DNA of 40,435 nt from Candidatus Bathyarchaeia archaeon. Lineage in GTDB: Archaea > Thermoproteota > Bathyarchaeia > TCS64. The notes below the pieces were generated by a model. The model had not been told where the DNA came from. It ran no database searches and saw nothing but the letters and a program-made list of their open reading frames with translations. The stretch is from the NCBI GenBank assembly GCA_050014495.1, contig JBEKDF010000026.1, positions 1 through 40,435 of the forward strand, written 5' to 3'. This document shows, in pieces, positions 1-9,135 of this stretch. The position numbers and the translations under genes are program-made. The stretch's first letter is position 1; the number at the start of each line of letters is the position of its first letter.

Positions 1-197
1 TCCCAGCTGAACTCCGGGTACTTGGGTCGACCCGGGTTCTCCTCCAGGAGCCGGTGAAGGCAACGAAATGCAAGTTGAGCCTTCTCAGGATCATTCTTTT
101 CCTCGAGCAGCTGAATAAGCCGCAGTCTCAGACCCAGGATCACCTCCGGGATCTCTGACGGGTATAGGCGGTGCCTCTTCTCTGACAATGGTACCAT
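1..197 (-). CDS. Hypothetical protein, partial (runs off the left edge): MVPLSEKRHRLYPSEIPEVILGLRLRLIQLLEEKNDPEKAQLAFRCLHRLLEENPGRPKYPEFSW...
   Basis: Open frame from ATG at 197 to the window edge, translated by hand. Protein-like composition; no family recognised. Confidence 0.45.
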   Translation of the reverse strand, partial: MVPLSEKRHRLYPSEIPEVILGLRLRLIQLLEEKNDPEKAQLAFRCLHRLLEENPGRPKYPEFSW

Positions 198-238
198 TAA
201 GGTATTGGAGGTGGCTTGGATATCTGACTTTTGGTTCG

Positions 239-571
239 TCAGATAGCGGCGTAAGTTATATGAAATATTGGAACCATTATGACCCCACCACGATCCATTG
301 GTAATACATCAGGGTCGTGGTACTGTATCTTCCGTTTCATCTCGATGAGTTCGGCTAGGCTCAACTCCTCGGTGATGCCCTCCTTCGTTTCCTTCTTGGG
401 TGGTGGTGCTTCCTTTTCAGGTGATCCACCACCTGTACCACCACCTGTACCACCACCTGAGTTGCCACCACCTACCACCACTTGACCACCACCTGTACCA
501 CCACCCACCACCACTTTGAGTACACCTTCCACAGTAGGGGGCTGTAACCATCCGCTATATTTGGGGTCCAC
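239..571 (-). CDS. Hypothetical Gly-rich low-complexity protein (possibly a remnant)
   Basis: 110-aa ORF with GGGT repeats followed by a charged segment; no family recognised. Confidence 0.35.
   Translation of the reverse strand: MDPKYSGWLQPPTVEGVLKVVVGGGTGGGQVVVGGGNSGGGTGGGTGGGSPEKEAPPPKKETKEGITEELSLAELIEMKRKIQYHDPDVLPMDRGGVIMVPIFHITYAAI
426..514. repeat. Imperfect 12-bp tandem repeat (CCACCACCTGTA)n
   Basis: Directly visible; encodes GGGT units on the minus strand. Confidence 0.8.
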
Positions 572-814
572 CTCATGGACTCTTCCTCGGTGGTGGTGGT
601 CGTTTGATCATTAACCATGGTGGGTGGTGGTTTCTGTTCCTCCTGTGGTGGGTGATCCTCAAGTTGTCCAACCCACTCGGGTAGTGAGTCCTCCTCGTAG
701 CGCGCGCGGCTTTGTTGTACGCATGCAACTTGTGGTACTATTTGTTTTCAACTAGAAACAGGGGGACTATATTCGTAAGTTAATTCGTAGGTCCAACCCA
801 ATTCTGGGATGTTA

Positions 815-941
815 AATGGTGCCATTAATAGATTTGAAAAGAGTAGCGTGCGCATTAATTACGGTACCATAATTCGACGTTATTGAATTGGTCCCATTAT
901 ACATTAACAGGTTTACATGTATAACTTTTAATGGTACCATT
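815..941. promoter_or_regulatory. Cluster of palindromic operator-like sites, consensus AATGGTACCATT
   Basis: Copies at 815-826, 860-871, 887-898 and 930-941, with further copies at 187-198, 267-278 and 731-742. Confidence 0.6.
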
Positions 942-978
942 CCTTTTAAAAAGGGCTTTCAAATTGAGTTTAGAAGGT

Positions 979-1283
979 GGTCGGTGTGCCGGTCGTAACC
1001 CACCTTCTGTTTTAGGCGGCATTCAGCTATACGGGCTACCCGCGCCCCCTGCAGGTGGGATTCGGCGCCTATTCGCCCTTTCACCCTGCGGGTCGGCCGT
1101 CTCATCCCTGCCCCTCGGCGTCCTCGCCCCTGACCGGGGTTCATCGCATTAGCCGTGGGAGGTTTCGTTTCTGTCCGGAGCCGACGCTCTCGCGCCACGC
1201 CTCGCGGCGTCGCAGCCCTGCTCGGTGGATGGAGTTTCCTCAGACCCATATGGGCCCGGCGGCCGCTCACCGGCTCACCGACC
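979..1283 (-). ncRNA. rnpB: RNase P RNA (archaeal)
   Basis: Minus strand has the conserved P4 halves GAGGAAACUCC and AACAGAAGGUGGGUUAC. Terminal P1 helix GGUCGGUGAGCCGGU pairs with ACCGGCACACCGACC. GC-rich, 305 nt, with a TTATA box about 25 nt upstream. Confidence 0.95.
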
Positions 1284-1314
1284 GAGACACAAGAAAACGG
1301 GAGAGGGTATAAGC

Positions 1315-2391
1315 CTACTGGGGAGCCCAGAAATCCTTTGCGTGAGCCTCCGAACGTCCCTTGGTGTAGGGGCAGACGCTAATACACGTGCTACAATCCA
1401 CCCCGTTGTCGCACCAATACCCGAAGCACTTCTCCGCGTTCATATACCACTTGAGTGCCCCCGGACTGCTGCTCTTTGTCGCAGGTTCCCAATCCGGCTC
1501 ATCCTTGAAGCTGATGGCGTCAACCTCGCAGACCTCAGCGCACCTCTTACAACCTTTGCAGAATTGTGTGACGCCAAAATCTATCGGCTTGTCTGGAACG
1601 AGGGGTAGATCTGTGAAAACCTTGAAGAGGCGGACCCTTGGGCCGTACTCGGGTGTGATGAGAAGGCCATGTCTTCCAAGCTGCCCAAGTCCCGCGTCAA
1701 TCGCCATTGGCACGCTGAGCCCAACGTTATTCCCTGCGGGGATCGCTGTGTAACCGAGGTTTCTAATGAACTCTGAGAGGGTCGCTGAGACGAATGCCAT
1801 CCGGGAGTAACCGGTCCCTGTTGCCGCACCAGCCGTAGCCTCCGGACTCGTAGCTATCCCTAGTTCATCCATTTCTATCGCTCCCACGATGGCGTATTTG
1901 ATCTCCTTAGGCATGTCGAGAGGCGCTAGGTCGTATCTCTTGTTCAGCTGCATCCACAATGAATTATAGGAAGTTACACCCACCAGGCTCGCCCCATAGA
2001 GCCTAGCCGCTTTCTTCACTTTCCGCGTCATCTCAGCGTAATCTCTCACTCTATACCTAGTCTGGTACCATTTGGTCCCCATAAGGCTCGGGCCTAGGGG
2101 GCGTTCCATCCTCTCCCAGTCCCACGCCTCCTGAAAGCACTCGTGCACAGTCCATGCAGCCTCAGCGAGGGCGTAGTCGACGCGCGTGTAACCAGGCTTA
2201 CTCTTGGCTATATTATGGAGCCCAACCTTCTCCTCGCTTCTCATATAGCCCTCCCAGCTTGGGTCGCTGCTGACACGGTTGAAAATCAGGTTATTCTGGT
2301 CGTATCGACCAATTTTATCTGGGTCATATGTGTAGGGTGGTTTATCGACGCGCCTCACCCTGACGGCGCTTCTCCGTTTGCCTTCGCTCAT
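1315..2391 (-). CDS. Reductive dehalogenase-like cobamide/2x[4Fe-4S] protein (RdhA family), no TAT leader
   Basis: GLGQLGRHGLLITPEYGPRVRL motif; Fe-S motifs FCKGCKRCAEVCEVDAI and CSTCISVCPY; KKAARLYGASLVGV segment. Confidence 0.85.
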   Translation of the reverse strand: MSEGKRRSAVRVRRVDKPPYTYDPDKIGRYDQNNLIFNRVSSDPSWEGYMRSEEKVGLHNIAKSKPGYTRVDYALAEAAWTVHECFQEAWDWERMERPLGPSLMGTKWYQTRYRVRDYAEMTRKVKKAARLYGASLVGVTSYNSLWMQLNKRYDLAPLDMPKEIKYAIVGAIEMDELGIATSPEATAGAATGTGYSRMAFVSATLSEFIRNLGYTAIPAGNNVGLSVPMAIDAGLGQLGRHGLLITPEYGPRVRLFKVFTDLPLVPDKPIDFGVTQFCKGCKRCAEVCEVDAISFKDEPDWEPATKSSSPGALKWYMNAEKCFGYWCDNGVDCSTCISVCPYTKGRSEAHAKDFWAPQ

Positions 2392-2559
2392 GGTTCCAGA
2401 ATATGCATTGATGGGTGTTTAATATCTACTCCGTCCGCGCGAAACGGGCATGTCACATGCTCCGCGGCATCCTCAGCGAGGACCCGATGCGCGCGCGCAA
2501 TAAATGAGACTCGATTATCGATGAATATGAAGTATTAGCCGAGAAGAGGCAAGTTTTAT

Positions 2560-3798
2560 GTGGGTACAATACGCATACCCTCCGACTTGGAGAAACAGAG
2601 GCGTATAGCCCTAACTATTCTTGCGGCAGTATGCCTGACTTACTTCGTCGAGACCTTTTTACGAAGTGCGGCTTCAGCTCTAACCCCTGTGCTAATCGTG
2701 CAGCTGGGAATCAGCCGTGGCGCGATGGGCCTCCTCATCACTGGATACTTCCTCATTTACGGGATAATGCAGTTCCCTGCTGGGGTCCTCGCTGATGCCC
2801 TCGGACCCAGAAAATCGATACTCTGGTTCACTGCCCTCACATGCATTGGATGTGCACTATTTTGGCTTAGCTACAGGTACGAACTCCTTTTCGCTGCCCA
2901 GGTGATGATGGGTATCGGGACAAGCGTCTTCTACATCAACGCCGTCACTGTGATAATCCGCTGGTTCCCACCCGAGAGGAAGGCTACAGCGATAGGGGTT
3001 TTGAGCGCGGCAAGCGGCGTTGGTGGTTTTACGAGCTATATGGGATTCCCCCTCGCAACCTCCATCTTGGGGGATTGGAGGGCCCTTTACTTCGTGATTC
3101 TTGTGATCCTGGTCGCAAATTGGGGGATAAATATCGTTGTCCTAAAGGACGGGCCCAAACCTATTGCCCCAGTGAGGCGGGAGATGGGGGAAATTGTCAC
3201 CTCCTTCAAGGAGATCCTCGCTGATAAGCGCTTCAGTCCAATGATAATCGCTTATACAATGTTGGGATTCAACTACGTCCTCTTATCCTGGGGTAACCAG
3301 TTCCTTATAGAGTCAAAAGGCCTAACCTACGTCGAGGCAGGACTTGTAACCAGTCTTGGTACAGTCGCGGGCTTCGTTGGTTGCCTCGCCATGGGTGTAA
3401 TCAGCGACAGATTAAGGAAGAGGAAGACTCCCATATTGGCCTTCTTCGGCTTGTTCCTAATAACCCTCTCCGGGCTCGTGTTTATGCCCGCTGGGTACTC
3501 GGTCGCGATCTACGCGGGACTATGGGCTCTTATGTGTGCTGGCAACAGCATTTGGGTGCTCTACTTCAGTATGGTGGGTGAGGTTCTTCCATCTAGGAAG
3601 GTTAGCATCGGCCTCGGGTTACTCAATGGATTGAATCTCATATTCTCCAGCTTGATGACTCCTCTCTACGGGAGCCTGGTTGATCTTACAGGGAGCTTCT
3701 TCATTCCAACCCTGATCAGTATCGGAATAGCAGTGGCTTCTTTGTTAGTTCTACTTGCATATACGAAGGAAACTTATGGCGTCATCATTAATGACTGA
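2560..3798 (+). CDS. MFS transporter
   Basis: About 12 hydrophobic segments; MFS motif A GVLADALGPRK and ISDRLRKRK. Confidence 0.93.
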   Translation: MGTIRIPSDLEKQRRIALTILAAVCLTYFVETFLRSAASALTPVLIVQLGISRGAMGLLITGYFLIYGIMQFPAGVLADALGPRKSILWFTALTCIGCALFWLSYRYELLFAAQVMMGIGTSVFYINAVTVIIRWFPPERKATAIGVLSAASGVGGFTSYMGFPLATSILGDWRALYFVILVILVANWGINIVVLKDGPKPIAPVRREMGEIVTSFKEILADKRFSPMIIAYTMLGFNYVLLSWGNQFLIESKGLTYVEAGLVTSLGTVAGFVGCLAMGVISDRLRKRKTPILAFFGLFLITLSGLVFMPAGYSVAIYAGLWALMCAGNSIWVLYFSMVGEVLPSRKVSIGLGLLNGLNLIFSSLMTPLYGSLVDLTGSFFIPTLISIGIAVASLLVLLAYTKETYGVIIND

Positions 3799-3844
3799 CC
3801 TGGCTCTGGAAACCATTTTAGCCCCATCTACCTGATCCTAGTTC

Positions 3845-5188
3845 ATGTGGACGGTCAACTCAGAGTCGGGCAGGCTCAACGCGGTTCTCATTCAGGATAG
3901 TGTGGAGTCTTTCTGGGAGAAGAGGCTACCCTTTGAGGGCGTTGAGTCCAGCCTTCAGTATCTGCCGCGGTGCGTCCATCCACAGATGGATGGAGGTCAT
4001 GAGCAGTGGCTCCAACTCCCAAAGATTCTGGGGGAGGAGGGCGTGAAGGTCTTCGAGGTCACGGGTATAATTTCGAATGCACTCGAGAAGGCGACGATTA
4101 ATGAGAAGAAGGCAATAATTAATGAGATCTGGGAAGGTTTTCCAGGGGCGCCAAAGCCAGATGAGCTCAAGCTTGAGCATTTAATCTACGGTTACCCTGA
4201 GGCCCCATATTTCGACGTAAAACAGGATAGAGTTGTGCTCCCCGATTTTCGACGCCTTGCCTGGCCCTACAGCAGGGACACGAGCTTCACTTCTCAGGTG
4301 GGAACCGTAATCTGCAATATGCGCCGCTATAGCAGGCGTCATGAAGTACGGGTTGTTAAGCTCGCCTACAAGCTCGACCCTACACTTGCCAAGCACGTTG
4401 AGATCGTATGGGACGCAAACGAGTTAGGTGGCGTAACTACTGAACCGCCAAATGTGGAAGGGGGTGACACCCAGATTGTAGACGGGGAGACTATGGCCAT
4501 AGGGATGGATCAGAGGAGTACACTGACTGGCATTAAGCGATGCGCCGAAGAGCTGTTTAAACATGACAGGGAGGGAAAAATAAAGTATGTATGCGCTGTT
4601 CAGCTCCCTGACTACCCCGCCCTCGACTACATGCACCTTGATGTAACTATAAATTACCCTGATACACGGCGGGCTCTCGTAATGCCATACATCTGGGACT
4701 CAGAGGTCGTCAAAGAGATGCCCCCGAAGAGGCTTCTCCTCAAGACATTAGAGGCGCTCCGGAGGCAGAGCGACGCAGACTACCGCCCTATGGGGCCGAT
4801 GATCCACCCCGAAGGATTCAGGCACAGTGGTAGGACCACGATTTATGTAAACAAAGGGGGCAAACCCGAGATTCTGCGTACGGAGGTGAGCCTCATAGAC
4901 TTCCTTGTCAAGGAGGGTAAACTAGACGCTGACGGGCTTATGTACGTCGGCGGTGAACCGGAGAAAGAGAACGATGTCGGTCACCTCTACTCGGCCTTCC
5001 TCGAGCAGGCTCGAGGCGCGGGAAACATCGTCGCAACGTGCCCAAAGACGGTCATTGCCTATAGGAGGAACAGGAAGACGATTAGTGTGTTGAGAGAGAA
5101 TGGAATAAAGGTCAATGAATGGGACGACAGCTACCTAGACCTTCTCGGTGGGCCCCACTGCAGCACAAGCCCACTAAGCAGGGATTAA
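3845..5188 (+). CDS. Arginine deiminase / amidinotransferase-fold protein
   Basis: Motifs SESGRL, RDTSF, EGGD, MHLD and C-terminal GGPHCSTSPLSRD with the catalytic Cys. Confidence 0.88.
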   Translation: MWTVNSESGRLNAVLIQDSVESFWEKRLPFEGVESSLQYLPRCVHPQMDGGHEQWLQLPKILGEEGVKVFEVTGIISNALEKATINEKKAIINEIWEGFPGAPKPDELKLEHLIYGYPEAPYFDVKQDRVVLPDFRRLAWPYSRDTSFTSQVGTVICNMRRYSRRHEVRVVKLAYKLDPTLAKHVEIVWDANELGGVTTEPPNVEGGDTQIVDGETMAIGMDQRSTLTGIKRCAEELFKHDREGKIKYVCAVQLPDYPALDYMHLDVTINYPDTRRALVMPYIWDSEVVKEMPPKRLLLKTLEALRRQSDADYRPMGPMIHPEGFRHSGRTTIYVNKGGKPEILRTEVSLIDFLVKEGKLDADGLMYVGGEPEKENDVGHLYSAFLEQARGAGNIVATCPKTVIAYRRNRKTISVLRENGIKVNEWDDSYLDLLGGPHCSTSPLSRD

Positions 5189-5189
5189 C

Positions 5190-5765
5190 CTACTTCAACC
5201 CTTTGACGAACCTGATAACTTCGCCATAGAAGGCATCGGGGTTGTCCTCCATCATGGCGTGCCCCGCTCCGGGAATGTAAACGAGGGAAAACTGGTCCAC
5301 CATCTTCTTTTCGCTTGTCCAGAGCCCCTTGTTCTTCTCACCGTAAATTACGAGCACTGGAACTTTGAGAGACTTTAACCTCCCCAGTACATAAGCCCGT
5401 CAGCGTCTAGTTTACCCCCCTTTTTTGAAGCCCGAGTTGACATACTGTTCGTAGGTGAATTTGATGATAACGAGATTACTACCAAAGCAGTCGTTGAAAT
5501 CTATATTTCCCTCAGCGTAGACGATGCCCTTTACCCTTGGACCTAGCATCTCGGCGAGCATCACACAGATGGGTCCATGCTGTGGGGAATGAGGAGGATG
5601 TCACCCCCCACTTCGAGGACATTGATACGCGCACAGTCGTGTATCGGCTGCCAGTAGTCCTTGGAGCCACCGAGGCCATGGATAGGAACTATAGTGAGGG
5701 GATTCACGCCCATGTGGTAAGTAAGAAAGAATGTATTCACCCGACTTGATGGTCTCGCTCTTCAT
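5190..5765 (-). pseudogene. Degraded alpha/beta hydrolase
   Basis: Fragments in different frames: IHGLGGSKDYW, LIPHSM, KGIVYAEGNIDFNDCF, VPVLVIYGEKN...IPGAGHAMMEDNPDAF. Deletions and frameshifts present. Confidence 0.85.
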
Positions 5766-5803
5766 GGCTAGCGGTGTGATTAGGAGGTATATGAAAATGA
5801 AGG

Positions 5804-6868
5804 CTAGAAGTGGCGGAAGCAGCGTTCGTCTGTGAAGGCCATGACTATGCCCTGCTCATTACAGGCGGTTATGACCTCGTCGTCCTTGACACTGCCACCG
5901 GGCTGGCAGCATGCCTTTATGTCGTACTTGGCTAGAGCGTCGATGCTATCTCTGAAGGGGAAGAAGCCGTCACTAGCTAGTACGGCGTCCTTAAGCCTGT
6001 CCTTGTGACCGCGTTCCTCGGCTTTCTGCAGTGCTTGCCTCACAGCGATGACGCGGTCTTGCTGCCCTGTGCCAACGCCAAGAGTTTGCCTGTCGTCTGC
6101 GAGGACGACGCCGTTGCTCCTCACGTTGAGATTCACGTACCATGCGAAGAGGAGGTCTCGGGCCTGCTTCTCGGTGCCCTTTCTCTCGGTGACCCATCGG
6201 AAGTCGTTGACGCTCTTCATTCTTGTGAGCATGGGTGTGCTAAGGACGAAGCTGCCGTCCGTCATGGTACTGATATCAAGTGGCCATGGGTCCTCACCGA
6301 CGAATCGGCTGAAGGAATAGATGTTGTCAACCTGAATGATGCGGATGTCCTTTTTCTGTTCGAATACTGGCATCGCCTCTGGGGCGTAGCCGGGGGCTAC
6401 GACCGCTTCGACATAGTTGTTCATTATCTCTTCGGCTGTCTCTTTGTCGACGGGTTTGTTGAAACCAGCGACGCAGCCGTATGCTGCGACGCTGTCACTC
6501 TCCCAAGCTCTCTTGAAGACGGCCCTGAGGCTGTCTTCCTTCCGAGCGGCAGCGACACCGCTTGGGTTGACATGCTTCATAATGGCGCAGGCAGCTTCGT
6601 CGAAGTATCGCACTATATTGCAGGCGTTATTCATGTCCTCGATGTTCGTCCTGCTGAGGCCGCCCTTCCCTGTCTTTAGTATTTTCATGGCGCCAACTGT
6701 CAACTTCCCCTCATCGGGTGCATAGTAAGCTGCAGGCTGGTGGGGGTTCTCCCCGTACCTGAGGCTCTGAGCCTTATGGTACTCTATCTCCTGGTCCCCG
6801 AGGACTATTTTGATCTTCTCGGGGAAGCTCTCCTCGACCTTCGTCCGGTATAGTTTCCTTATACTCAC
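5804..6868 (-). CDS. purH: AICAR transformylase domain of split PurH
   Basis: Motifs LRYGENPHQ, KHVNPSGVA, RSNGVV, ASDGFFPFRD, QPGGSVKD and terminal RCFRHF. Confidence 0.93.
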   Translation of the reverse strand: MSIRKLYRTKVEESFPEKIKIVLGDQEIEYHKAQSLRYGENPHQPAAYYAPDEGKLTVGAMKILKTGKGGLSRTNIEDMNNACNIVRYFDEAACAIMKHVNPSGVAAARKEDSLRAVFKRAWESDSVAAYGCVAGFNKPVDKETAEEIMNNYVEAVVAPGYAPEAMPVFEQKKDIRIIQVDNIYSFSRFVGEDPWPLDISTMTDGSFVLSTPMLTRMKSVNDFRWVTERKGTEKQARDLLFAWYVNLNVRSNGVVLADDRQTLGVGTGQQDRVIAVRQALQKAEERGHKDRLKDAVLASDGFFPFRDSIDALAKYDIKACCQPGGSVKDDEVITACNEQGIVMAFTDERCFRHF

Positions 6869-7470
6869 TTCTTCTTCGCCTCCATCTCAAGGTAGGTCGT
6901 GATGGCTGAATCGTAGGCTGATGTCCGCCGAAACGCAGCCTCTGCTAGTTCCCTGACAAGCTTCATAGGTGTCTCTCCCTCGTTCTCATTAAGCGCTTTG
7001 ACAATAACTGGATACTGTTTGGGATCCGTTATCACCGTGACCCTCCCGTAGAGTAACGCTGCCTTAGCTGCGCTTCGGATCATTGTGGGCCCGCCAATGT
7101 CTATGTTTTCCGCGGCTTCTAGTAGCTCTGCGCCCTTGGCGACAGCCGCCTCAAATGGATACAGATTGACGACGACCATCTCGAAGGGCTTGATGCCATA
7201 CCTTTCCATGTAATCCCTGTGTTCGGGGACATCCCAACTGAGAAGGAGGCCACCGTGAACTCGAGGGTGTAGAGTCTTTAGTAAACCTCCAGGGCTCTCG
7301 GGATGACCAGTGTAGTCGCTCACCTCGGTGAGCCTCACATAGCCAAGTTCCCTAATCTTTTTGGCAGTTCCACCACTACTCACAATCTCAACACCATAGG
7401 CACCAAGGGTTTTAACAAGGTCCTCCAAGCCGTTCTTATCAGAGACACTTATGAGGGCTCGCTTTATCAT
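6865..7470 (-). CDS. purH: IMP cyclohydrolase (MGS-like) domain of split PurH
   Basis: Motifs RALISVSDK, SSGGTA, KTLHPRVHGGLL, VVNLYPF and IDIGGPTMIRSAAK. Confidence 0.93.
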   Translation of the reverse strand: MIKRALISVSDKNGLEDLVKTLGAYGVEIVSSGGTAKKIRELGYVRLTEVSDYTGHPESPGGLLKTLHPRVHGGLLLSWDVPEHRDYMERYGIKPFEMVVVNLYPFEAAVAKGAELLEAAENIDIGGPTMIRSAAKAALLYGRVTVITDPKQYPVIVKALNENEGETPMKLVRELAEAAFRRTSAYDSAITTYLEMEAKKK

Positions 7471-7570
7471 GGGTTTAGACTCCCTTGCTGGGGTAGGCTT
7501 CGTGTCGGGGTATTAGAACTTGCCCTCACATTAGATGCAGAATTAACAGGGTTAGCTAAAGTGAATAGTT

Positions 7571-9022
7571 TCAGAGTAGGCGGTTGGGGCCTGTAAGCAT
7601 GATATCGTGAGGTGCGATTTCTTGGTAGCCGCGTTCAGTGACAAGTGCTAGCCTCGCTTTCTCCCAAATTTGTTGGATGTCTGATGCGCCTATGTAGCCC
7701 ATAGCTGCCTTGAGGCCCCCGATGTACTCATTGATGATATCTGCGACTGGGCCCCTGTAGGGTACCCAACCCTCTACGCCTTCGTTTATCGCTTTACTGG
7801 GCTGGCTGTAGCGGTCCTGTGCGAAGCGCTTCTTCCTAGCCCTAGCGCTACCCATCCCATAATACTCCTTGTAGTATCTGCCCTCCATAGCTACAAGGCG
7901 ACCCGGTGACTCGCTGCAACCCGCGAAAACGTTGCCCATCATCGCGGCATCGGCCCCGACGCTGAGGGCAACTGCGATGTCACCCGGATTACGGAGCCCA
8001 CCGTCTGCGATGACACTGATATTGGCCTTGTTGTTTCTAACGGCGTCTGCTGCATTACTTGTCGCGAAGAGTGTGGGGGCACCGGCGCGTGTAACCACAC
8101 TCGTTGAGCAGATTGACCCCGAGCCGATACCACACTTTACACCGGCGATACCATCGAGCTTAGTTATACAATCCTCGGCGGCCTGATATGTGCCTATGTT
8201 GCCTACTATGACCTCAGCACTCATTTCCCGCATAAGTTTCTTGGTGGCTTCGAAACAATTCTTGTTGTGAAAATGGGCAACGTCGGTGAAAATTACGTCA
8301 ACGTATTTGTCGAGTGCCTTAGCGCGTTCGAGGTCGAAGGGACTTACGGCAGCGGCACAGATGAGGCGACCCTCCTCGTCTCTAATTGCCTCTGGAAAAT
8401 CACCCTTGAGTGTGATGTCCTTCATCGTGATTAATCCCTTAACGTGACGGTCCTGATCGACGATGGGGAGTTTCTCTATCTTGTGCTTGTGGAGTACCTG
8501 CTTCGCCTCATCTAGGGTTATATTCTCCTCGCCGGTGATGACCTTTTTAGTCATGATGTCGCGGACCTTGAGAGTTTGCTCGGCAAGGCGAACGTCACGC
8601 CATGTGGCTATGCCGACGAGCTTGCCCCCACGTCCCACAACCGGGAACCCCTTGATGTGGTGCTCCTCCATGAGCTTTAGTAGTTCACCCACCGTAGTGT
8701 CAGGGGCGACTGTTACAACATCCCTGATTATCACCGCCTCGGCGCGCTTGACGCGGCGCGCCATGTCCACCTCCTCCTCCACCGAACAATTTCTATGAAG
8801 AACACCTAAACCACCGTTGCGTGCCATAGCGATAGCCATGTCAGCCTCAGTGACTGTGTCCATTGGGCTACTAAGGAACGGGGAATTTAGTCTGATGCTC
8901 TTTGTTAGTCTCGTCATGACGGTTGCCTCGTTGGGCTCGAGGGTCGTCCATCCGGGAAGAAGAATCACGTCGTTGAAGGTGAAGGCGGTATCCGCGTCCT
9001 TGAATTTATCACGGAAACCCAT
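7571..9022 (-). CDS. guaB: IMP dehydrogenase with CBS pair
   Basis: Motifs TFNDVILLP, SSPMDTVTE, GIGSGSICST, IADGG, YYGMGS and EGVEG. ATG at 9022 chosen because AGGTG lies just upstream (ORF track starts at 9031). Confidence 0.95.
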   Translation of the reverse strand: MGFRDKFKDADTAFTFNDVILLPGWTTLEPNEATVMTRLTKSIRLNSPFLSSPMDTVTEADMAIAMARNGGLGVLHRNCSVEEEVDMARRVKRAEAVIIRDVVTVAPDTTVGELLKLMEEHHIKGFPVVGRGGKLVGIATWRDVRLAEQTLKVRDIMTKKVITGEENITLDEAKQVLHKHKIEKLPIVDQDRHVKGLITMKDITLKGDFPEAIRDEEGRLICAAAVSPFDLERAKALDKYVDVIFTDVAHFHNKNCFEATKKLMREMSAEVIVGNIGTYQAAEDCITKLDGIAGVKCGIGSGSICSTSVVTRAGAPTLFATSNAADAVRNNKANISVIADGGLRNPGDIAVALSVGADAAMMGNVFAGCSESPGRLVAMEGRYYKEYYGMGSARARKKRFAQDRYSQPSKAINEGVEGWVPYRGPVADIINEYIGGLKAAMGYIGASDIQQIWEKARLALVTERGYQEIAPHDIMLTGPNRLL

Positions 9023-9063
9023 CACTAGCACCTACATTTTAAAAGCCATCTCACCTTACGCAT

Positions 9064-9080
9064 CTTATATACTTTTGGTT
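9064..9080 (-). promoter_or_regulatory. Archaeal BRE-TATA promoter for guaB
   Basis: Minus strand reads ACCAAAAG-TATATAAG about 45 nt upstream of the start codon. Confidence 0.6.
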
Positions 9081-9135
9081 TCTCTAACATAAGCTGTTTG
9101 ACACAATCTTGTTAAGTTACTTGGGTTCCGGTTTT

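Noticed and set aside
815..941. CRISPR array
   Set aside because: The repeats are only 12 bp, irregularly spaced (45, 27 and 43 bp), and no cas genes are present.
979..1283. SRP (7S) RNA as the identity of the ~300-nt structured RNA
   Set aside because: Both RNase P P4 consensus strands are present, which identifies it as rnpB.
931..1382. Several overlapping Arg/Pro/Gly-rich ORFs
   Set aside because: They are shadows of the GC-rich RNase P RNA gene.
6005..6679. Long antisense ORFs (also 15333-15896, 21320-21919, 30575-31039)
   Set aside because: They lie opposite well-supported genes and have no recognisable motifs.
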